Below the pieces are notes generated by a model, which saw only the letters and a program-made list of their open reading frames with translations, did no database searches and was not told where the DNA came from. A stretch of DNA of 64,000 nucleotides from Camelus dromedarius (lineage: Eukaryota): the NCBI RefSeq assembly GCF_036321535.1, contig NC_087437.1, positions 5,580,001 through 5,644,000 of the forward strand. The letters are read 5' to 3'. Shown here one piece after another: positions 37,563 through 48,420 of this stretch. Position 1 is the first letter of the stretch; each line of letters starts with the position of its first letter. Both the position numbers and the translations under genes were made by a program.

Positions 37563-37762
37563 CAGGGCAAACATTTTCTGAGAAGGGCCAGATAGTAACC
37601 CTTTTGGCTTTGTGCAGCCATCTCTGTTGCCCTGCTCAACTCAGCTTTTGTCATGAAAGAAACTATATACTGAATACATAAGTGAATGTCCTAATATAAG
37701 TTTATTTATGAAGGTAGGCAGTGGGCTGGATTGGCCCAAGGGTCAGAGTTCATCAACCTCTG
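37563..37762. mobile_element. MER58A-like hAT-Charlie MITE flanked by MIR fragments
   Basis: 'cagggcaaacattttctgagaagggccagatagtaa...gggctggattggccc...aacctctg'; TSD-like gcctagaa/aactagaa. Confidence 0.8.
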
Positions 37763-38281
37763 AACTAGAAGACTGGAGACTTGAATTTGAGTCCTAGCTC
37801 TGTTTTCATGTTGCCTGGTGACCTTGTGTAAGTTATTTCTAGTTCCCGAGCCTTAGTTTTTCTACCACCATCGGACCCTCCCAGGTCTGTTCAATTCTAG
37901 GACATGTGCAAGAGTGAGGCAGATGACAGGGAACCTTGCAAAAGTGAAAGGATTTTAATGAACAACATTTTGATTAAAAGCAAAAATTATAGCAATACAT
38001 ACACTAAGATGAAAAATTAGTCTAAGTACAACATGAGTATGGGTAGGAAGGAGATAGGAGAAAGCTTCAAAAAAAGGCAACAAAGAATTCGGTGATGTCT
38101 TTAGTGCCTCAGTAGATCAAAGAGACTGAAGAAGACACAGGATGGACCTCAACCTCCCTGCCTTCAGGACCCCACTGCCCACCACAAGCTCAAGACCAGA
38201 CGGTGGTCTGGAACTCAGGGCCCTGACCTCCTCTGTCCCTGAGCACACGAACAGGGCTCAGGACCTAAGTGAGAGGGAGAC

Positions 38282-38681
38282 AGTAGCAGGTGTTGTCAGT
38301 GCCCTCCCCAAACCCCTCACTCCCTTTTCCTGCACGTGGAGCAGGCTAGAAATGCTGGCAGTTGACTTCGTCAGGGGCTGCCCTCAACCAGTGAGACGTG
38401 GGAGGTGGTGGATAAATACCTCTGCTCCCTCTCTTCTTGGGCGAGCCAACTCAGAGTTGCCTTCTACACTGTTCCCCAGAGAGTCACGCAGGAGTCACAC
38501 AGGACGGAGCCCCTGGTTCCCACAGCAGTAAATGCATTAACACATCCTTTATGGCTTCATTCCCTTGCCTGTCTTTTTGCCATTCCCTTACCAGTGCTTC
38601 CTGGCATCACCTCTCCAAGGAGCTACTAGTACCCAGCGTTTTGTCTTAGGGTCTACCTCTTGGGAAACTCAAAAGAAGACA
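38282..38681 (+). mobile_element. ERVL LTR (LTR16-like)
   Basis: 3' end 'ccagtgcttcctggcatcacctctcc...gtcttagggtctacctcttgggaaactcaaaagaagaca'. Confidence 0.7.
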
Positions 38682-40631
38682 AAGCCATGTAGATATGCAC
38701 TCATTAGAGACAGCGGAAGGCTTACACAGAGTTGCCCTAATACTCAAGACACAGGAGCATTCCCTTCAGTCAGGCCACCCCAGGGCACGGGGTCTCCCAG
38801 CAGAAAACTGGAACTTGCTCATGTGTGAAGGGAAGTTTCCAGTGTGCAGCAGGCACTGCGTTCCTTCTTTGTGCCAGAAAGCTAATCCTCTGTGGCCAGC
38901 AAGGTTAGAAAAATACAGTCCTACCTGGCCAGGGGCTTATAATTTGGCTCTTCCAGGACAGCAAAGGGGCTTTTCAGCTAATAGTCTTTTTTTTTTTTTT
39001 TTCAGTTCTAATAAAAAGGGATCTTGCACGGAGTTTTGACACTTGTTGATGGCTCCAGAGACGGCCCCACACAAAGTCTTTTGGTTTCTGAAACTCTTTT
39101 AGCTTTAGCTTGTGTCTGGACTTTTGAATATGCTCTTTTTTCCTGCCAGGAATACTCACCCCCACTCATTTTGCCTGACTCCCACTCCCCACTCCACGTC
39201 ACATCCTATGGGAAACCTTCCCCGAGCTTCCGGAGATGGAGGTATCTGCTTGTATCATGTTCCCACAGGGCCCTGTTTTTCCTGCTTCAGTGCCCATATC
39301 AAATAGCATGTGATCGCTTATTGGATTATGAGAAGCCATGGTCACAACGTGCTTATATCCTTGTCCCCAGTGCCTCGCACAGGGGCTGGGGGCCTCAGTA
39401 AATATTTATGAAGTAAATGAACAATGTGCTGCAAGGGTAGAGGACTGAGCCTAGGCCTCCATGGTAGTTTATAGAGCAATTGTAGGGAGGAGAAGTAGAT
39501 CCGGAGGTGACCACTGGTAAAAGTCCAGATTTCTCTGTACGCAAGCCTTTAGATATCCAATCCATCCATCCATCCATCAGTCCATCTCTCCAGCCAGTCG
39601 GCCAGCCAGGCAGTCAGCCATTCCCTCTATCTGCCCATTCATCAGACAATTACGGAGTTCCTTTTCCCTTTCAGGTAGTATGCTGATCACTGGGGACATG
39701 AAGATATCCGATCTCTGCCCTTTAGAAGTTAAAAGTCAGTTCAGTTGACCAAAAAAAAAAAAAAAAAAAAAAAAAGTGATTGCACTAAATGGATCTGTGG
39801 AGATCCTGTTAACTATCTGGAGACCTTGGGCAGGAGCAGGGACTGTGGGCTGGTTGCCTTTACCCCCATTCTCCAACAATATGTAATTTGTTCACAAACG
39901 TGGCTCCAGGAGTCAGGATTACAAGGGCTGTGGTGTCGCCTGCTTCTGCGTGGATTTCTTTCTTCTTCGTCACTTTCCCTTCATCTTTGCTAGGAGCTGA
40001 TGCCTTGAGGCTGGAAATTTAACGTGTGACTGAAGATTAGAGCAGGGTGGATGGAGTAATGGGACCTTTTGTTGCCCTACGAGTTTTGCCTCTAAGAACC
40101 CCATTAGAATAATTTAGCTTCCTGCCTCGACGTTGAGCAACCCACCAATTTGTATGAAACCCTTCTGATCGGGCCCATAGTGTATGCATTAATAATACAT
40201 CCATACATCTGCAGAGGGTTTTACACTTTCCTAAGAACTTCATAGAATTTCAGGATTGAAAGGAACACTAAAGATTGTCCTCTAATCCAGCCACCCATCT
40301 GATGTCCACGTCCTCTCTGCAGCTCGTGCTGATCCCCCCACACCGCCTTCTAAGACAGCCCCTCCGCTTCCCTCATCTGGAGCCACTCTGCTGCAGAGCA
40401 AACCTTGGTAAAGTAGATGCCTGCTTACTACATGCCTAGAGTCCCCAGTTCTCAGCTTTAGTCCTTGGATCCCCTGCTCCCATCTATTCAATACCTTGTT
40501 CTTCACTCTCTCAACACCCTTGCCTATCTCTAAAAACCCTCTAGCCCAACCCTTCCAGTCCAACCCATCACAGAGACCCCTCTCCCTTCCTCCTGACTGG
40601 GGGACCACAGGAGTCCTTGAGTAGGACCCCT

Positions 40632-41170
40632 TGGTTACAGTTACTTTGGCTGCTATAACAAATCTTCCCAAAGTACAGTAACATAAACACCACCGTGTGC
40701 TCATGGATTCCCAGGGTCAGGAATTCAGACGGCACATACCAAGTCTGGAGCCTTAGCTGAAAAGTCTCAAAGGAAGGGAGAAGGATTCATCTCAAGGCTC
40801 ACTCACTCACTCGTGTAGCGGTTGAGGCTGGTTACTGGCAGAGGAGACTTAAAGAGCTAGGAAATCGCTAGGACATCTGCCTGTGGCCTTCCTATGTGGC
40901 TGCGTGGCTTTCTCGCAGCACCGCGACGGGGTTCCCAGGGCGAGAGCACCAACGGAGAGACAGGCAGGCAGGAGATGGATACGTTTTATGACCCACCCTC
41001 AGAAGTCACATCGGATTAGCTTCTCCACTGGTCAAGATAGTTACAAAGATCTGCCTGCCTTCGGGGGAGAGCATACAGGCCCCCATCCCCGGTGGAGGAG
41101 TGACAGCATCACTTGCGAGAACGTACGGAATGAAATGTGTATCAGCTTAACTGTCCTTGGAAAATACACC
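40632..41170 (-). mobile_element. MaLR LTR (MLT1F/G-like)
   Basis: 'gctgctataacaaatcttcccaaa...gctcatggattcccagggtcaggaattcagac...ttttatgacccaccctcagaagtcaca'. Confidence 0.7.
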
Positions 41171-41419
41171 TTCCCAAGCGCCCAGTGGTTATCCTTCTAC
41201 ACCCTGCCCCGAAGAAAGCCCTGTCACAGGCAATGTCATGGACGCAGTTCTGTCGTAGGCAGCATTCCTTTGTTATCAGTAAAGCCTATTTCCCTGGGAG
41301 TCTTATGCTTTTGCCTTAATTCTCTGTGCTTTGGATGGTCCATTAATTCCAACGCACTAAGAAAATCTATTTAGTCCTCCGGGGGTTTTTGGTCCCTTAG
41401 GGTAACCATTCCCAGTCTG

Positions 41420-41916
41420 GGGTTCTCGTACATTCTCTGAATGAGCTTTAGTTGTTTTTTGACCCTTTTGAAGTGCTGGGGTCCCAAATAAATCAATAGC
41501 TGCGCCAGATGTGGTTCCTCCGTTTCAGTTCAGGAAAAGATGAGCATCCTTCTCAAGCGGACCTGGACTCGGTTCAGGGGGCTTTTATGTCTCACAGCCA
41601 CGTGGCGCTGCTGACTCACCCCCAGCCCGCGGGCAGCTAACACTCCCGAGTAATTGCCTACGTGGTGGTGCTGCTAATCCCTGCTCCTCATTCTCGACTT
41701 GAGTCAGGATTTTTTAGGCCAAAGTTCAAAATTTTAAATTTTCTCTGCTAAACTTCATCTTATTAAGTTTATCTCATCATTCCAGCCTGTTAAATCTTTT
41801 TGGATACTGAGCGCTATCTGGTGTATTAGCTCTCTCTCCAAAGTTGCATATGGGCTAAAAATTTCTGTTACGCAGTCAGGGCTCACATCCAAGTCATTGA
41901 TAAAAATGTTGAATAA
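41420..41916 (-). mobile_element. CR1/L3 LINE reverse-transcriptase remnant
   Basis: Reverse of 41887-41916 translates LFNIFINDLD, the CR1 RT motif preceding (F)ADD; left boundary approximate. Confidence 0.75.
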
Positions 41917-41928
41917 ACATGATTTTCT

Positions 41929-42253
41929 TTCTTTTTTTTAATTGAAGTATAGTCAGTTACAATGTGTCAACTTCTGGTGTGCAGCATCATGTTTCAGTCA
42001 TACACATACATGCGTATGTTCTTTTTCATTATAGGTTACTATAAGATATTGAATATAGTTCCCTGTGCTATCCAGTAGAAACTTGTAGTTTATCTAATTT
42101 ATATACAGTAGTTAGTATCTGCAAATCTGAAACTCGCAATTTATCCCTTCCCACTCCCTTCCCCACGGTAACCATAAATTTACCATGACTGTGAGTCTGT
42201 TTCTGTTTTGTATATAAGTTCATTAGTGTCTTCTTTTTTCTTTCTTTCTTTTT
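41929..42253 (-). mobile_element. Short L1 3' UTR insertion
   Basis: Poly-T and L1 3' UTR; 15-bp TSD taaacatgattttct (41914-41928) / taaatgtgattttct (42254-42268). Confidence 0.9.
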
Positions 42254-42789
42254 TAAATGTGATTTTCTATTTGCTCTGTACACTGACCATCAGAAAATCA
42301 GGCAAAATCATTCTTGCTTTTGAGGTGAGGGAACCAGGACTGAAAGAGGTCCAGGGATGTGCTCAAAGTCACATTATAGTGGATGTGACCAAGGAGGAAC
42401 TTGAACCTGTGCTTCCAGCTCTGTCTGCTACCCTGAGATACTCATCCAGCCTTGGGCACTTGGCTAAGGAGGGGTTAATGGAAAAGCAAACAAAATAAAA
42501 GCTATGACTAAATACAATTAGGATGATAAGAATGAGCTCTGACTGGGACTTGTGGGAAAGGCAGCTCAGAGCATTTCTTTCTTAACTACCACTTTCTACC
42601 ATTGTGTATCTTTTTCTCCTTACTTGTGAAGAATCCCTGTATATTTTCCACCCTCACCTTCAGAAAGCTGGTTCCTGGAACCACAATCCACATGAACACA
42701 AATGTCCTGCAAGGAAACAAGAACATACAAAGATGGGGAGGACCTGCTACGGCCAAAAAGGTCAAGGTGGCAAGAATGAACTGAGGAGG

Positions 42790-42886
42790 TGGGTTGATCA
42801 GCTGACTTCCTCTCCTTGGGATGGTCCCAGTTTTAGCACTTACAGTCCCAGGAAGTCCTGGGAAGACCCAATGGTGGGTCACCTTA
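42790..42886. mobile_element. MER81-like hAT-Blackjack MITE
   Basis: 'gtcccagttttagcacttacagtccc...ggtgggtcacctta'. Confidence 0.6.
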
Positions 42887-42930
42887 TGAGTAGGATACTG
42901 CCGCATTTTGCTCTCTGGTCTCCTATTTAA

Positions 42931-43482
42931 TGCTGCGATGGAGTAAAGATGGCCTCAGAGTCTTTGACACCCTTCCTATGGAGAAGTGAGGACTGTATTC
43001 CCTACCCGTGTACTGGGCAGCTCTGAGACGGTGCAGAATACAGAAGAAGTAATGCCGTACCAGTTCCCCACTCAGGCCTTTAGATACGGGCAGCTTCCAC
43101 TTGCTGCCTCTTAGAACACTTTCTCCTGGGGCCCTGAGCCACCATGTAAGAAGTCCAGTTACTCTGAGACTGCCATGCCGGAGATGTCACAGATGGGCAC
43201 TCCCATCACGGGCCTCAGCTGGACATGGCCCTCTTCCCATCACCATGGCAACAGACATACAATTGAAGCTGTCTTGGATCCTCCAGCCCAGCTCATGCAC
43301 CAACCGAACACCACCACTGAAATCACAGAGTCACCTTAGTTGAGGCCGTATTGAACAGGAGAATTGCCCAGCTGAGTCTTAGTCAAACTCCTGGCCCACA
43401 AAACGGTAAGATATAATAATGAAATGGCTGTTTCCTTAAGCCGCTATGTTTTGGGGTTGTTTGTCATGCAGCTGGAGATATC
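42931..43482 (+). mobile_element. MaLR LTR (MLT1H/G-like)
   Basis: 'gccctgagccaccatgtaagaagtccag...gaattgcccagctgagtc...ttaagccgctatgttttggggttgtttgtcatgcagc'. Confidence 0.8.
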
Positions 43483-45109
43483 TGAGGGGACTGTTGAAAC
43501 TGACCTAAATAAACCATCCCAATCTTTTCACTACCAGCACAAACGGAAGCCCATCTCCAAATAAATGTTCCACGTGAGGTCAATGTGCTGTCTCCTTGCC
43601 TGGCCTCAGCAAGCCTCTTCTGGATGAGCACATGGTCCAAGGTGAGCAGAGACGCTGGCTTTGGCTCCCCACGCCCATTCTCCCTGCGTCCCCTTGGCGG
43701 GCCCTGCTGGCACGCTTCCTTCCCTCATCTCTGCGCCAGATGCTCCAAGACTCCTTCTCTGTGAGATTTACATCCCTCATTTCCGTCTTTGGCATTTTGT
43801 TGGCAGTAACAGCCTGCACCCCTGTAGGCTGCCGTCTCCACCAAGCGAATTCTCACGTGGCCTCCCATTCATCTAGAGCAGCAAACACTTGACTGCGCCT
43901 TTCCAATTTGGCTCCAGAATGGAAGAACCTAACTGAGGAAACCATAGATTCCTGGAGGGCAGGCGCCGTGCTGTAAGTGTCCTTGGGCCCCCCAGCCTCT
44001 CCTCGGGTGAACGGGCGCGTTCTCGCCCCTCTGGGGGCGGCGGTTTCCTCTGCTTCTGCCACTCCCTCTGCCGTGTCTGCTCACGTAAGCCCTTGCACTG
44101 CCTCCCCATCCCTGGAAAGGCAGGTCTGAGGGAGGGCCGGAGCCTACGGTTGTTAGCAGGGGATTTTAAGGTGAGAAAGGGGCAAAAGGATTCTGTCTCG
44201 TTTTGAGAGTCCTCACCGAATAATTTGTTTCTGATCTTCTTCCCAGTTGTTGAACTCTTTGGAGGTTCTTGGACAACTGGAGAAAGGAAAGGGACACAAA
44301 TGTTCTTTTGAGATGCGTTGGGGTAGCAGGAAGAAGTTCATGGGTGAGGTTCAGAGAGTTAGCTGTGAGGTGTCAGCTCCATGGCAAAGTGTTCCTTAGA
44401 GGGTCTCGGATGTCGGATCTGTAAGGGAGGGAAAGGAGTGTGAGTACACGATGACATAGATGATGATGAAACTGGGACAAGGACCCTCGTCTCTAACCCT
44501 TGACTCTACCTTATGTTATAATAATGCAGGTTTCTGGGTCGCGATGAGGGGGCTCCGTGCAACTGTGTCACCATTCTCTCTCCAAGTCCCATTGCCAGGA
44601 TGACACAGAAGATCCAGACAGTGGGGGGAGAGGGAGCAGGTTTATCGTGACATGAGAAGTGTTAATGAATGTCTGCAGGGCAGACGGCGACAGGTGAGAC
44701 ACACTGACAGGTGAGCATCTGGAGGACGCCACCAGTGCTAGGATGAAGCCCGAAGTGCAGCCCGGAGCCCGTAACCCCAGGAGCCCCAGGAATGCTGAAG
44801 CCTGGAGTCGCCAGGTAGGGAGAATGTGAGAGGTGGGACAGTGAACAGCAGAGGAAGTGTTGATTGGAAGATAGTCTGTGGCAAAGCCGTGCCAGTCCCC
44901 CCGCTTCACTGCGCACGTGCACACCTGCTCCCTCATCCACCCATGGGGCTGCAGGAGAGCCAGCACTCACCAGTTCATCCCCAGGCCAAACCTGGGAGCC
45001 TGGTCAGCTGCATGTGTCACAAGAGTGGCCTGGGGAGCGAGCCAGGGCTTACCAGACACAGGGCTGGAATCCCAAAGCAAAGTCCTCTTGATGCTGGCAT
45101 TTTGAGGTG

Positions 45110-45358
45110 GGCAGCATCTAGGCTCACATCCCGGCTGCGTCCTCACGTGGCCTTTCTCTGTGTGCTTGCCTCTTTGGTGTCTCTTCCTCTTCTTGTAAAG
45201 ACACCAGCCCGCTGAATTAGGGCCCCACCCTTATGATCTCAATTAACCTTAATCACCTCTTTGAAGACCCCATTTCCAGATACAGTCACATTCTAAGGTA
45301 CTGGGGGGTTAAGGCTTCAACGCATGAGTTTTGGAGACAGAGCTAAGCCCATCACACC
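45110..45358 (-). mobile_element. MaLR LTR fragment (MLT1A/B-like)
   Basis: 'cctcacgtggcctttctctg...ttagggccccacccttatgatctcaattaaccttaatcacctc...gggttaaggcttcaac'. Confidence 0.8.
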
Positions 45359-45626
45359 CACAGGAGAGTGGCTGAGCAGACCATGAGGTATCTGCACACG
45401 GGAGCTCCATGCAGCTGTAAGAAGAACAAGGACGGGGAAACCGTCTCTGAACTGAGATCGGGCAACATCCAAGATGTGTTCTTAGCTCATAAAGAGCAAG
45501 GTGCAGAATGCTCTGTGTGTTACCGAGGGAAAATACGTTCGTGCTTCTGTATGTGTACATGCAGCAGAGTCTTCGAATATTCCCTGAAAATGGACTATTT
45601 TCATATTGGATTACTGACCACTTCTT

Positions 45627-46812
45627 ATTTTTTCACTTTTAAAATTTTTATTTGAAGTATTGTTGATTTACAATGTTGTGTTAGTTTTGGGTACACAGCA
45701 TAGTCATTAAGTTATACATTTATATACATATATATACACATATATATTCTTTTTCATTATAGATTATTACAAGGTATTGAATATAGTTCCCTGCTCTATA
45801 GAGTAGGTCCGTGTTGTTTACTTTATATATAGTAGTTTGTACCTGCAAATCCAGACTCCTAATTTGTCCCTCCTCCCTTTCCCCTTTGGAAACCGTAAGT
45901 TTGTTTTCTATCTGTGAATGTCTGTTTTGTAAATAAGTTCATTTTGTTATTTTTTTAAGTTTCCACATGTAAGTGACATCACATGATATTTGTCTTTCTC
46001 TGACTTATTTCACTTGGTACGATAATCTCTAGGTCCATCCATGTTGCTGCAAATGGCATTATTTTATTCTTTTTTGTGGCTGAGTAGTATTCCTTTGTAT
46101 AAATATACCACAGCTTCTTTATCCAGTTATCTGTCCATGGACATTTAGGTTGTTTCCATGTCTTGGCTATTGTAAATAGTGCTGCTGTGAACATTGGGGT
46201 GCAGGTGTCTTTTCAAATTAGAGTTTTCTCTGGATATATGACCAAGAGTGGGATGGCAGGATCATACGGTAAATCTATTGTTAGTTTTTTGAAAAATCTC
46301 CATACTGTTTTTCATAGTGGCTGCACCCAACTACATTCCCACCAGCAGCGTAGGAGGGTTCTCTTTTCTCCACACCCTTTCCAGCAGTTTCTGTGTGTGG
46401 ACTTTCTAATGATGGCCTTTCTAACTGGTGTGAGGTGGTTCCTCACTGTAGTTTTGATCTGATTTTCTCTGATAAGTAGCAATATTGAGCATCTTTTCAT
46501 GTGCCTATTGGCCTTCAGTAAATATTCATTGGAGAAATGTCTATTTTATGTCTTCTGCCCATTTTTTGATTGGGTTGTTTGATTTTTTGTTATTGAGTTG
46601 TATGAGCTGTTTGTGTATTCTGGAAAGTAAGCCCTTGTCAGTGATGTCCTTTGCAAATATTTTGTTTAGTTCAGTAAGTCGTCTTTTTGCTTTGTTTATG
46701 GTTTCCTTTGCTGTGCAAAAGCTTATAAGTTTAAGTAGGGTTCCTTCATTTATTTTTGCTTTTATTGCTGTTGCCTTGGGAGACTGACCTAAGGGAACAT
46801 TGCTACGGTTTA
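45627..46812 (-). mobile_element. 5'-truncated lineage-specific L1 (~1.2 kb)
   Basis: ORF2p remnants 45979..46194 and 46312..46500; degenerate TSD ttactgaccacttct/ttactaagtacttct. Confidence 0.93.
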
Positions 46813-47064
46813 GGGGTTACTAAGTACTTCTAGTACCAGTCCTTCAACCTTTAGTTCTTCCTAATTAATGAGTCAACTAAATACCATACTTTCTGCTGCT
46901 TAACTGAGCTTTGATCAGCAAGTCTTCTTAAAACATAGTTAAATTCTATCTAACCAAGATGTTATTGATCTAATGATACTTCTAATTAGTTGTCACTGTC
47001 ACAGAGTTACATGTACTAGTGTTTTTTAAAGGGTGTGGGGATTTAACTTGACAGGTAATACTTT

Positions 47065-47590
47065 TAGGATTTAGGAATGCTTTAGGCTAGGCTACAAGTA
47101 GCAGAAAACTCAACTATAAGTTGTTTAAACAATAGAGGTTTATTTTTCTCTGTAATAAATGTTGCATATATCAGCAGCCCAGGATACTGCTGAATGCAAA
47201 CAAACTCTTTCTGATTTTCTTTTCTATCCACTCAGTCATCCTTAGCATATTGGCTTGTTGCCTCATGGCCACAAGGTGCCTGCTGCAGTTCCAGGCATCA
47301 CATCTGCATTTAATTCATGAAAAATAATAATAAAACAGTGATAGCCTGTTCTGTCCCTTTTTATCAGGATAGAGAAGCCTTCCTCAAATCCCACAGTGAG
47401 CTTTTTCTTACATCTCATGGGCTAGAACTAGTCACATGGCAACTTTTAGCAGCACGTGATGAGTAATAAGGGAACAGGGTTGTCACAGTTGACTTAACTC
47501 AATCAAGGTTCATCCCTTGTGGCCTGGACACATTACCCCTTTAATAAAGATGAAGTTCTGTCAGCAGGTAAAAGTAACTAACATTTCTGC
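47065..47590 (-). mobile_element. MaLR LTR (MLT1J/K-like)
   Basis: 'ggctacaagtagcagaaaactcaact...gcctcatggccacaaggtgcctgctgcagttccaggcatcacatctgcatt...gctagaactagtcacatggc'. Confidence 0.7.
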
Positions 47591-47997
47591 TCTGCTTCTA
47601 GAGAAGGGGTAAGTGAGAGACTGTTCTTTTCTTGGTGAAAATCCATCTTTATTTATTTCTGCCTGTCACCTTCTTTTATCTGCTATTTTTCAGCTAGCCA
47701 GTGAACCGCTTCTAATTCCCCTTGGATCTGCTTCCCTGTACGCATTTCTGGGGACTCTGTTCCCATCAGTCCTGCAGGAACTCTGCCCTCCTCGTTCATA
47801 CCCACCTCTCCAACACATCCTTATTACATAGGTGACTCCAGTTTCCGTAGGAGTGGGGACAAAGCAGAAACTCAAACGTAACCAATGAAACAGCAAAATG
47901 ATTAAAAAACAAAAACAAAAACCAAAACACCACTAATTTTCCTCCTCGCAAAGCATTGTGAGAGCTGGCTCTAAAATGGAAAAGCTGATTGGTGAAT

Positions 47998-48420
47998 GTT
48001 GTCTAATTTTGGGTTCCCCATGAAATCCTGGGACCAGGAATTGGAAGCATGTCATTTATTTGGACCCCAAACAACACTGGCAGGGGAATGGAAAGTGGGA
48101 GGGGAAGGGAAAGGCCCTGATTCAAAGCTACAGAATGCAACCAGAGCTTGATCGAACCCCTAGGAGTCAGCGTAGGATATGCACCTCAGAACTGTCACAC
48201 CTTAAGGGAGTGGGAGCTGGGGTGTTGATCCTTCACCTTCCGTTTGCTGTTGGCTGAGGGCTGCTGCAGGGGTGTGGATGCAGGGCTTCCCTCCCCTGGT
48301 GCTTGTGCCTCCTGGGTTTGGGCAGAGGGGGCTCCAACCACCAATAAGCCCTTAGGTGGTTGGAAGTCAGGCAGTTGTGCAGGATAATGGCGAGTCCAAG
48401 GGTATATGGTCGGGTCATGG
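47998..48420 (-). mobile_element. ERVL LTR (LTR33/LTR16-like)
   Basis: 'tttgggttccccatgaaatcctgggaccaggaattggaagcatgtcatttatttgg...cacctcagaactgtcacacc'. Confidence 0.6.
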
